The notes under the pieces are model-generated. The model was not told the DNA's origin, searched no databases, and saw only the letters and a list, made by a program, of their open reading frames with translations. The translations under genes and the position numbers were made by a program. A stretch of DNA of 63,258 nucleotides, counting the filler, from Perkinsus chesapeaki ATCC PRA-425 (Eukaryota > Protista > Perkinsozoa): the NCBI GenBank assembly GCA_013115145.1. It is 5 parts of 5 records of this genome, joined end to end, with 100 filler letters (N's around TTAATTAATTAA, not from the genome) between each part and the next. Parts side by side here need not be neighbours in the genome. Positions count along the whole stretch, not along the records: positions 1 to 31,039 come from JAAPAO010000427.1; 4 more parts are not named here. One strand, written 5' to 3'. Shown here in pieces: positions 1-10,977 of this stretch (positions are counted from its first letter, which is position 1; the number at the start of each line of letters is the position of its first letter).

Positions 1-528
1 TTTGCATGCGACTGACCATTTTTGAACACTGATTGGTGAGCAACGAGCAACAGGCTCATTGGATTGTCTCACTTTTATTGTGAGTGTGTTGCGTAGGAGT
101 ATTATACGGATAATGACGGGAAGAAGCAACCTGTCTTAATTAACGCTTCTACATGCAATTCCGCAACTCATTATAAACTTGTTGTGTAAGAGAGTTTCAA
201 TGCATGTGGCGAAGGTATTACTTTACCGTGAAGCCTCGATATAGAATAACAGCTGGTATGCACTGACGAACACAACAATGATATTATACCGAATCGACGA
301 GTGAGCTTTCTGCTGAAATACCTCATAATAATAGACTAACCTCTACTTGTGCTGAGGAGCCCGCCGGGCCTTATAGGCTCTGAAAGCAGCTCCTCAAGCA
401 TCCCTTCCAATGACAATACACTAATAAAAATACGACGATCCTAAACGATGGAAAAGTGAAACATCATTAGATGTTTCGGACAATAAGTAGCTGGAATGAA
501 CTATGATGATGAAGCATTCCAGGGCCAT

Positions 529-786
529 CTACATCTCAGTGCCACAACAACAGGTAGAACAGGAGGAGCCACCGCAAGATTCTGCCGCTAACTTGCACCG
601 CTCGGGGCAATGCTTGGGGATGAGAGGTATCACCTGGCAGGCCTTACAGAGAAGGCAGAGCTTGTCTTTATCGTTCGCATCGCTCTTATCGGATGCTAAG
701 TACTCCTCCACAGAGTCGACGAAGGGGTTCGCACCAATAGAAGTCACCAACAGAAAGTAAATGATAGCCGGACAGATGAGACGCAT
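529..786 (-). CDS. Small secreted cysteine-rich peptide precursor (85 aa)
   Basis: ATG start; hydrophobic N-terminus MRLICPAIIYFLLVTSIGA; acidic spacer; 10-Cys C-terminus CLLCKAC...C...C...CGGSSCSTCCC; Cys pattern shared with ORF 47743-47997. Confidence 0.6.
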   Translation of the reverse strand: MRLICPAIIYFLLVTSIGANPFVDSVEEYLASDKSDANDKDKLCLLCKACQVIPLIPKHCPERCKLAAESCGGSSCSTCCCGTEM

Positions 787-849
787 ATTGCCGCAGACGT
801 GAAGCCTGAAATGTGCGCCGGGGGAAATGCCTCGAAAAAGGCTGTCAGT

Positions 850-2720
850 GGATCAGTAACTCTCTCCCGCGAAGAAACATCTCACGGGAACAGCACTCAT
901 TCTTGAACGGGAAATGATACCGAATGACGAACTGCCTATTGGAGCCAGACGAGAGTCCTAGTGACAGGCAAGGTAGCAAGACATCCCAAGAAGGGAGCAG
1001 ACTCCGGTCACTGAGTAGCCACCAGACGCTCGACGACACACAAGTCGAAGATGCTCCGGCTCACTGTTAAAGCTACATATGTTATTAATACTAATTCGTC
1101 CTGTGAGGAAGGCCCGAGTGAACTCTGTGCTTGCCGATGTGAAAGGTAACTCGGCTTCACATGCTTCATACATCGGAGGACAGTAAAGACTGAACAGGGA
1201 CACTTCCCTTTTCGCTCCCGGGACACGCATTCCCAACCACCTCGACATTCAATACCTCTCGTATGTTTGAGGCAACAACGTAGAGGTTGCTAGTGGACAT
1301 GGCAAGAGTGAAGCTTGGATGACAAGGCCTGGCTTGGCAACGTCGCTTGTCCACTATCACGGCACTCTACGGAAATCGACCCAGTCTGTCCCGTCGGGAC
1401 ACTACATGATATCTGTCATCCCCAGAAAGCCGAGCACATGGCTGACTCCTTGTAGCGAAGAATGTGAACGTCAGGCGCATGGTTTCTGCTGTATAGTTTA
1501 CCACTACCCGGATGATCATTCCCTTCGGGAAACCGACTTCGGTCACGGGAGACTATACGAACTTTGTCATCTGGATTATCTGCCCGAATTCGCGTCAGGC
1601 CAAGGCTTTCAATTTCGTGTTGCTGCCTCATTTCAGGATCTACTCGACAAAACCCTAAAACAAATTGATATTCTCCGAAGTTCAGTCAATTTAGCTTTCA
1701 TTATTCCGGGAGAGCTGCTGCCTATATCGTGTGAGGCGTTAAACGTACATGTGCTGCAATTCCAGACTACGATCTGTAGTTAGTCGATTATGAATAACTT
1801 GATCAGCTTTATGAGCGGGAGGTCGTCAACCCCATCATTGGTCAAAATGAGTAAGGTGATGATAAGTTACGACCAAGCTTTCAATACGGAGTGGAACTGC
1901 TGTGGTGTATTGAAGTCTCTCGAGCTGACTTTCACTCGCAAGAATACTATATGCGTTTGACGGCTTGTTCTGGACTCTTCCTGATTTGATGTTGTTCAAT
2001 AACATCAATCCATACTTAGCGGTATCAATGTTATAAAGTGGTCTCGGGCTCATCCTTCCCTAACGGTCCGCGCGCGTCGCCTACGCTTAGACTCATCTTA
2101 TTCGTTGTTATGCCTAGAACACTAATGAACTCAATCCAGTAAGATTAAAGCCCTTCTAACTGAGTGAATGTGAACTTGTCATTCAATGAAGTTGAGGAAA
2201 CTACCGAGAGGAGCGTCTTCTTAGCCGTTGAAGCTGAATAATAATAAACCTCAATAATAAGACTGCTGCTATCTCATTGACCAACCTTCCGTTGCCGACT
2301 TGAAGTTATAAAGGACATACAGATTAGTGAGCGTGTCGATGTCTGCCGACTGATCTCGTACCAGCTGCTCCATCATCTGTCAAGAATACTCTATCGAGAG
2401 CCCCTGAAACTTGGCGCTTACTGTGGTCGCCGAGGCGATGCTTCCAAGGTAGAAATGGAGACACGCTTCTGTGTTGGGATGGGGCGTGCTTTCAGTTAGG
2501 GATGCCAGAGCTGCTGGGTAACTGAATGGTAATTATTGCCGAATGTATTGTAACCGGTATGACCGCGAAAGTTCAGACCGCGGTGACTTTCCTTGAAGCT
2601 CGCAAATTTCCAAATCAACCTGGGGATGACCAAGGCACTAAAGTGGTTATCATTTTAGGCCAGTCATTGGTATTGGAAAATTGCTACCACCAAAGATTTC
2701 ATCATAGGTTTCAACTATAA
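850..2720 (-). mobile_element. Decayed non-LTR (LINE-like) retrotransposon, APE endonuclease/ORF1 remnants
   Basis: Broken frames with APE-like fragments (KVRIVS..., HAPDVHIL, VSLFSLYCPP, GSNRQFVIRY) and a possible degraded Zn-knuckle near 2520-2560; many stops and frameshifts. Confidence 0.4.
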
Positions 2721-3099
2721 CTGATTGAACTCACTTCTCCTCCGCTATTGCCAACGAGGCCTTCACGCTCTCAGCTCGTTCACCTGGCCTCATCTCCATC
2801 AGGACATCCTCCGCCTCAGGCAATGCTACGACATGACCATCAACAAAATCAATGCCGATATCATCATCACTGACCTCCAATCCTCAAAAGTAAGTTCACT
2901 TGCTCTTCCTGCAGGCTTTCTCGTTCGGATTCGCCCTCCGCCTTCGGCAGGAGACACTTTGTGTAGATCCTCTGCACCTAATAAAATAGCAGCACTCCTG
3001 AAGAGCAGTCTAATCCAATACCTACCTCATACAAATCACTCAACTCTGCCGCCACCAAAGCCTCTGATTTCAATAATATTTTTTCCTGCGATATAGTTA

Positions 3100-4320
3100 G
3101 TGGATCGATGCTCCGTAATAGGCCAAGAGATATCCTTAACGATTCCATCGAAGGGCGAGAGCCAACGGAGCCGGAGCAGCACGGTAGAATTGCCGAGTAT
3201 CTTCAAGAAAAGCGTCAAGGCGGTGAACCCAGTGAAACCTGGATCTTCGCTATGCTTCATTGCGAAGTTGAGCAACGTCCCGTACGTCATCCACGCGATG
3301 TGTTGAGTGTTGAAAGTTTAAAACTAAGAGCAGTGTGAGTTAGTCGATTGTTATCAATAACAGTATGATATTCAATTTTTTGTGAAACTGCTCCAAAACG
3401 TAAGAGTCGTGCTGCTGCGATACACGTGTTGGTAAGATGGGAGTCATCACCGAAGAACGTAGCCATTTGGGAAGGCCTTCCCATGCTTTTTCACAAGAGA
3501 CCCATTTTCTATAACAACTTAAACCCGACCACACCTGGGAGCGCATTATGTCCCTCGAGGACCCCTTGAGGATGAATGAGTCTTCCGTCGGCGAGGACAG
3601 GAAATGTTGGGAAATTCCGTGACTGTTTTCGCATTGAAGAGCGCACTTTTACGGAGCCCTGGAGAGTAAATTGAGGAGGCCTAACAAATATCTCAACGTA
3701 GGTCCTACGTTGAGATGTTTGTTAGCCTTCCTACGTCGTAGGAGAACGATAACATTTAAAAAGAGGCAGTCGGTAATGATACAATTAATGACACACAAAT
3801 TCGGTATATATTTCGGGTTAGTCTCGCCTGAATTCATTGATGAATTCCAAAAGGGAAGACGAATTGGGATAGGACTGTGACAGTGCCGTTGAGGGCTACG
3901 GTGATGATGATGCCAGAAGAGGCTCCCTGAAGCCTTACAAAAGTATCCAAAACTTTCCGTAACCTTCTGCCGACAATCGATCCTCCGACACATCTCCCTC
4001 GTTCTTCATACTGTCCTTCACCCCATCTAGAACATCTCCAGCCTGAATGAATCAACTCGAAATGTCAACCCTCGAGTGGCGGCTACCTTGGACCATTCCC
4101 CAAGCATCATCAAACCGTATGCTTCAACTGCCCCCCACAGACTCCTTTCCTCCCCAGATGACCCCTGAGGTATTCATGTCCAGTATGATGATGATCCACC
4201 GGAAGACGACGACGCTTTCATCAGCGATGGAGACCTATCCTATTGCGAGCCCTCTTAATGCAACTGTCGATAGGTTCCGAGTCCGATTCTATCGAATATT
4301 TAATGGTGGAGCAGGATAGA
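3100..4320. mobile_element. Highly decayed LTR-retrotransposon (Gypsy-like) pol remnants
   Basis: Weak integrase-like fragments on minus strand (GLPKWLRSS...VLEQFHKKL; HHHHRSPQ...RLPFWNS); spacing imperfect. Confidence 0.25.
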
Positions 4321-4403
4321 CGAAATTACCAAAGGAAACGGGATACGTTCTTTCTGATTCAGTTGGTTCCATCATACATTCTACCAACTGAATAACCGCC
4401 GTA

Positions 4404-4506
4404 TTCAACGTTGCTTATTCTTCCTTCCTTCCTACATTCTTTCTGATGAGATTCCAATAAAAAACTTATATTTCCGAATATCATTTTCAACGTTGCTTAT
4501 TCTTCC
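4404..4506 (+). repeat. 21-bp direct repeat x2
   Basis: ttcaacgttgcttattcttcc at 4404-4424 and 4486-4506. Confidence 0.85.
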
Positions 4507-5258
4507 CGAATTCCGCAGTAGACTCTTTTGATTTAATAATATCAACTTTTGAAGTTCTCCAACCCCACCAGCAGGCCTACCTCCATTCCAGAGCCCGCCA
4601 TTTCGATAGCCTTCTTAAACTGTCCATTTTTGAGTGCCTCCGCCACCCCCTGCCATGAGACACCCTCGCATGCTCCTGCCGCCTCCGAGGAAGTCGGCGG
4701 GCAACTCGATCTGACATAATCCCATCAACCGCCGCGATGGTCTCCTCGACGCCTACGTCCCCATAAAGTCTTCTACAGTACAGTAGGTCCGAGTAGTTGG
4801 TGGCATAGGATTTAAAGTGGGGCTATCAGAATCCACCAAGGAGGTGATGACCTAAAACGAACAAGACGTGTATATGGCCACGCAAGTCGGATATGAAATG
4901 ACAAAACGTAGCTCTCATGGCTCTCATGTTCCCCAATTCCAAAATTCTATCACCTAGGCCGTCTAGGCGGGGCCGTGCGAAGAACTCACTCAATGGCGAG
5001 AAATTACGACCACCTTCCCTCCAACCGATGTAGAGGGTGAAAACAGGCCAGCTTTTGGTGGGGCCACCGAAATGAGAAAGATTATTACAAAAAAACTACA
5101 GCATTTCCCTGTCATGTTTCCGACTCTCGCACTCTTATATCCGATTCGATCACGAAGAAGATCCGAAAAACAGCACCCAAATATCCGGATGCGCGCGCTA
5201 TTGCATCCGACCGATTCGTGCATCTCAATTATCCGACCATCATTCAAATATCCGATAA

Positions 5259-5360
5259 ACCATTTTCAAATATCCGTGGGCGCGCGCAATTGGAAGAGAA
5301 TCTTATGACCGGAACTCAATTATCCGACACAGTATAACAATACGGATATTTGAAAATGGT
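5259..5360. repeat. 19-bp perfect inverted repeat within a cluster of aaatatccg / ctcaattatccgac motifs
   Basis: accattttcaaatatccgt (5259-5277) is the reverse complement of acggatatttgaaaatggt (5342-5360). Confidence 0.8.
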
Positions 5361-5784
5361 ATGCAACGTATGATGAACATGAGAATTATTGGGGATATAA
5401 CTACACTCAGGGAAGGGAGTCCTACCTTCCCATCCTTCGTATCGCTCTTCGACTTGATTTGGAATGGATTCTTCAGTGGTTGTCGGCTACTATGGACAGG
5501 CTCAGATGGTATGGTGTGCTGGGATGATGATGACATATTAATAATAATTTACAACAACTGTTCAAAAGCACATCCAACAATCAACCAACCTACCAAGTGC
5601 GACTCCAAGGAACTACTTCAACTGTTCGTCATTTGCCTCCCTCGAAAGCTAGTAGTCGCCTTGCCTTTCATATCATTTCAACAACATCATCCCCATCACT
5701 CGACCCCAAAACCCCGAATCGACTCTTCAGTCGTTCTGTACAACACTTTTTAATAAAAATGTCGCTCGCCCAGAATTTAGCGAC

Positions 5785-6936
5785 ATGAATAGACCAAACC
5801 CTAAACTGGAAGGCACCTTCGTTTCGGTGACTTCCCGTCAAAGCCGTCAAGTGCGGACAATATACCAACTCCCTCACCGAATCGTCGTCTCTCTGCATAG
5901 GCCTCCGAGGTGGCCAAAGTCGCTTGTCACGCATCCACCACCATCATGCCCGATAAAGAAGGAGCGCTCGCCGATATTCCATCCGACGAGACACCGTAAT
6001 GAAGCCCCTCAACCCATCGAAACGGACGGGCGTTTCCCAAATTGCACATTCTCACGATCTTTAAGATTCTCTCAACGACTAGTGACCCCCTATTCTCGAG
6101 TCTCCCTCGTTATGACCTATCTCCGCCGACTACTCCCGTGGTTTTGCCTCCTTGCTTGTTTGAAAGCCTCCCAACGATCTTCAGGAGTAATAACAGCTTT
6201 ATCATCATTTTGGTCCATATTATTCAGGTCTCCAAAGCCCTCGATTCTGTCAGACTCAAACTCGCCCAGGGCCGATACTACATACCCTCCAGAATACGAG
6301 AAATTATTCAACCTCAACTCAAAGTAGGCATTCCGAGCAGCCCCACCCTAAACACATTCCCGTTCAGGCCAACGAATGTCTCGCACGCTCCAGAAGAGCT
6401 ATGGAGGCTGTTTCAATCCGGATCCGTCTCGACGACAATATGTGGTTCGATTGGGAACACAGAGATAGAAAAGGCCACCTCGTCCGAGCCCTCAGCGTCA
6501 GGTTAGACAAACGCCGCCACCACCGCCGCCGCCGCCGTCCCTCGACCAAATAGTCAATCTCAGGTTCTTCCCTAATGATATTGAAAATGTCGTCTACTAC
6601 TTCAGGAGCGAGATACAGATCAACGTGGATGGGAAATCCTCCAAGGTGAAGGAGGCGCTCGCTGGACTCAACCCCCTTGCTGGCTTCATCCAAGTCGTCA
6701 AAAGTGGCTATGAGAGTATGAAGCCAGATTCCAGAACAAAGATGACCAAAGAGAGAAAAGACGCCATGTGCCGAGACATTCTACAGCAATTCTTCTTACA
6801 CTTTGGGCCCAAAGAGAGCGGAGAGGATCTCTGGAGTGTTGATGAATTCTTGATTACTGCGAAGGATGAGATAGAACTTAGGGCGCGTGGGATGGAGAAT
6901 TCCGAGTCGATTCAAGTGAAAATTGACAAACAGTGA
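5785..6936 (+). mobile_element. Decayed Gypsy-like pol remnant (RNase H end / integrase start)
   Basis: Fragments PRWPKSL, GALADIPS, GRYYIPSRIREIIQ, QFFLHFGPKE in broken frames; weak resemblance only. Confidence 0.25.
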
Positions 6937-8286
6937 TACCTCCTGTTTATCATGTTCATGTCCGATACTTCTACAGATATTGATAATGATGATGTTAACA
7001 GATAAGGTCGAGCCTAGTCGAGTTATTAGTCCATAAAACACACTTATGAGCTCTCTCCAGCCACACTACTCTAAATCAGCTTTCTACCCTTTATTCCCAC
7101 CGGAAGGCGCCACAAATATATAATACACTCACCGATGAGGAACGCTCATCATGAGCTACACTATCACGCACCGGTACTCAAGCAACTGCCAAAACCGGAA
7201 GGAACGCAGAAGATAGCTCCGATACGACATCTTCTACAAATATACACGTTAATACCAACAACAGTGGGGGCAGCAGCAGTGTCGTGATGGTCCAAGCCGC
7301 CTCACTCGACGACGCCCTACAATTATCACATTCCCCATCATTCGAAATAAACATTTGTGTGCTTGTCGAATGTAGTATTAATAACACTCGATATCCCCTC
7401 GTCCCCTACACACACAAGCTGGTACCGATAACATGGATATGATGAAATGAACGATGAAACTGTGTGAGGATACCCTTTACTTGGCCTTTGAATATTTGCT
7501 CTGAATGGCAAGCAGCCCTGTTGAGCCCAGCTGCACTTTCACATCCTATCTCCAACCACTGCCGACTCAATGAGCAAAACCCTATAAGTTCCGAATTAAA
7601 GCTAATCGATGAACACTTCATAGTAGTCAAACCTATAATACTCATTAATTAAAAATATACCTACTATTAAAACAGCTTCTACCACTATTAGCACAAATCG
7701 TATTCATCACACTACCCCTCCTCCTCCAAGCCCAGTTCTTTAGTGACAAAGATAACAATAGAATCAATCCCCCATTCAAGGCTGCTGCTTCAGCTGGCCT
7801 GGAAACACTTGACGGAGAACAGTACACACCACAATGCTCTACTCTCCCCCCTCCTTGACTGACATCATTAACTTCAACTACTAACACAGATCGACCTTTA
7901 TGAAGTCCCCGGATATAAATGTTATCGAGTAGATGAGAAGGGCAGCAGCAGGGACAGGGCACCCTCGGAGGATAGCGATGAACTCATGACGATGAGAGGG
8001 AATCTTAGGCCGCACGCCCCCCATCTGAGGAGCCCATATCAAGTATGACAAATGCAACAACAGCAACAACAACAATAATAATTAGTACAATATCGATGGG
8101 TCTACTGGAAGGAGAAGGAGCTCTACATCGAGGGAGGACGGGTGTTGTCGTCGTCGGGGTTGGACGGCGGGGAGGGGGATTGGAATGATACACAGGCAAA
8201 ACGGTATGTAATCTTCACGGACAATCATCAACAACATCGTAGAGGAATCAATCAGCAGTTTTACACCGGAGGCGGCGGAGGCGAAT

Positions 8287-9459
8287 TCAGGCAACGCTTG
8301 CAGCAGAGCTACGCCAAGACTCAGCAATAGCAGCGGTGGATGGTGGTGAAGTCTTAGCGCATTTGCGGCGGGGGGTCTCTGGTTCAGCATCCATGCCAGG
8401 TTGAGCTAGTCGAACCTGAGACAACATCAAAGACGACGAAATGACGCTCAACACTCACCATGGCGTCCCAAGTGAGCTGCAAGAATCCACCAGATTGCCC
8501 GTCACCCGAAAACAAGTTGCTTTCCCAGAATGTAGTTGAGCCAGGCGCGGGTAGAGCCAAGACTCTAAACGCCTTGGTGTCGAAATACGCCGGTATTGCT
8601 GACGATTCCGAGTAGTCGTCGCCACCAGACGAGGACGCTTGTGTCGAAGCACTACTGCTGCTGCTGCCTGCACTAGAATTACTGCTATGATCACCAGTCA
8701 TGGAGGACACCATACTAGTTGCGAAGATACGTACCTTCAACAACTACAACTAACTTCACCAATCAGGATCAAAGCTCACCATTCGGGAGCCAATGCCCAG
8801 ACGTCGACGAGAGGGGTCTACCCAGGTGTCCCGAATCATAATTTCGCTCGGGGAATTGTTGCTAAACCTGCAGCACACAAAACCTGTCCCCTTCTCTCCC
8901 CGGGCGGCGGCGGCCTCCTCACCACATGAAGCCCGACACTCTGACATCCCTCGTCATCGATGCATTGGAGGCGTCGAAGATTACGACTACTCGATGATGA
9001 GGGTCACAAAATGAGCCGCTATCTCGTCGCATCATGGTCAGCATTCTCGTCCCTGTCATCTAGCATTCTCATAATCACCTCATCAGCACCACCTTACACT
9101 TTCGCAAACCATCATTTGACCCCAACCGCAACGATTGAAGAGCATCAGAGTCCTCGGACCAACTCAACACTCTGGCATGGAGGACCGACCTCAATCGGAC
9201 GGATTCCAAAACCTGCACAACAAGTATCGCAGCCGAGCAGCCAGCCCACCTCCTCCGCTATACCTACATCCTCTGCCCGACTAGCGCTACTTTCACTCAA
9301 CGCTTGCTGCTTCCTTTTACTGCTGCTCAATCGAGCTGAGCTTCGCTTGCGACCTTTCGACCGGATAGGTGTTCCCGGTGATGAAGGCGGAGATGCTGTG
9401 GTCGATGCCGTCATCGAGGTGTTCGGCGTTGTTGTGGAAGTAGATCGATGTGATCTCAT
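8287..9459 (-). CDS. GNAT-family N-acetyltransferase, paralog 1 (multi-exon)
   Basis: Spliced product ...VSGFMW|FSNNSPSEIMIRDTWVDPSRRRLGIGSRM|VRIF...VLALPAPGSTTFWESNLF...; acetyl-CoA motif A (V.P..RR.GIG); GT-AG intron 8735-8779 restores frame; stop at 8287. Confidence 0.75.
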
Positions 9460-9870
9460 AAGCACTTGATGATGATGCTGTTACGAGAGACGGAGGGGCT
9501 GTTAGACGATGACACGAAGAAGGAGGGAGGATGAAGTGTGGTATTAAGAAGAGAGCAGAATAACGTCTAAAATAATAACTCAAATTTAAAAACCCGAAAA
9601 CCCAACATATCTAAACTCGACCGCTGCTGCTGCTGCCTAGAATGACCCAAGCTGCTGCTGCTGCTAGCGAGCATCGTCTAGTTTAGCAAATATACATGTT
9701 AATACCAACAACAGGGGCAGTGGAGGGCAGCAGCGTCGTGATGATCCAAGCCGCCGCCTTACTCGACGACGCTCAATATATGGATAAATGAATCCAACAA
9801 TAATAGTGTACAGTAATGATGCCATTATTCACATAATTTCGTGGCGCGTGAACTACGCAGGGCAGCATGG

Positions 9871-10801
9871 TCAAGCTCTCGTTTGAATGAGTCGTATCTG
9901 CCCAAGCTGAGGTCACTAACTACACTGTAAGACATTCTTACCAAATCATCTCGCTCGAGCTTGAGGCATCCCGGTAGGCCAGGATCCCGAACAAAGCCCA
10001 GCGAGGCCCAGAATGTGGATGATCCCTGCAGCGGGTAAGCCAATAACTTCTCCAAATGCAACTGCTCTGGTCTGTCCAGGAACCCGCCGCCGCCCGCATT
10101 CGGCAAGCCACCGCCGGCAACACTGCCGCTGCTGCTTCGTCGCCTTCTGGGCACCCCCAGAGACGGGGAACCGACCAGGAAAACCACTAAATGCAGGACC
10201 TGGGGGAGCTATGGGGGAATGTGACATGACTCGAGCCAACCATGTCGGAGGCGAGGCCTTCCCGTCGACGACGCGGTGACACCCAAGTGTCTCTAATTAT
10301 CGCTTCACGAGATGAATTTAATGAGAACCTGGAGACACCGAAAAATATCAAAAAACGTCTTTACCGGGGATCGAACTCGCGCGGAATGGTCCTCCTTACC
10401 ACAGAAAGCCCGCTATTGTCCTCGTACGAGCGTTCTTCTCAAACGTGACTATCACTCGCTGGTCCTCCGAAGATTCTCGTCGTAGCGTTGAAAGCATCGA
10501 TAACCCTGCCCGGTCATCTTAGCCTCGGACCAACCGCCGTCAACAACTCACATTTCTTCTTCCCACACTTGTCACCGGCCAGAATCGCCAACTTCTCAAT
10601 CTGCTTGGCGTCGGCTTCGAAGTCGAGCAGCTGCAAGCGGACTCCTCGGAGACGCCTCGAGTAGATACCCATCACTGCTGCTGCCGACTGGTGGAGTTAA
10701 TATAAGAGAAAACGTCAACTACACACAGAATCGAGAGGAGGGAGACGACGACGAAGACGCAACGCTTGGGAACACCGAAACCCAATTGCTACCACCACCA
10801 T
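9871..10801 (-). CDS. GNAT-family N-acetyltransferase, paralog 2 (multi-exon; start uncertain, 10801 or ~10672)
   Basis: Spliced product ...IAGFLW|FSLNSSREAIIRDTWVSPRRRREGLASDM|VLHL...LLAYPLQGSSTFWASLGF...; intron 10329-10399; same intron positions as paralog 1. Confidence 0.75.
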
Positions 10802-10977
10802 CACAGGCTTCCGTCGACGAGATGCCACCACACCACCAGCAGCAGCGGCAGCAGGAAGGGGAGAAGGATAGGAGGATAATACTTATCACAATATAGAAAA
10901 AGACAAGGACCACAACAACAACACTTATCGTTCCAATATCGTCGTCACGCGCCACGAAATGGTGCCTCCTCCTCTTA

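Noticed and set aside
529-786. Saposin/amoebapore identity for the CxxC peptides
   Set aside because: The Cys domain is ~40 aa, about half a saposin fold, and has different Cys spacing
3456-3475. cgtagccatttgg resembling the dinoflagellate/Perkinsus spliced leader
   Set aside because: Only about 12 nt match, lacks GCTCAAG and a downstream GT/Sm site; lies in TE debris
7400-8250. Possible additional minus-strand gene (LEIGC methyltransferase-like motif)
   Set aside because: Could not build a phase-consistent exon chain; motif lacks the GxG glycines
9200-9265. GWLLGCDTCCAGF read as a PHD finger (PHD-GNAT, IDM1-like)
   Set aside because: Lies within a GT-AG intron (gtaggt...tgcag) whose removal gives a frame aligning with paralog 2
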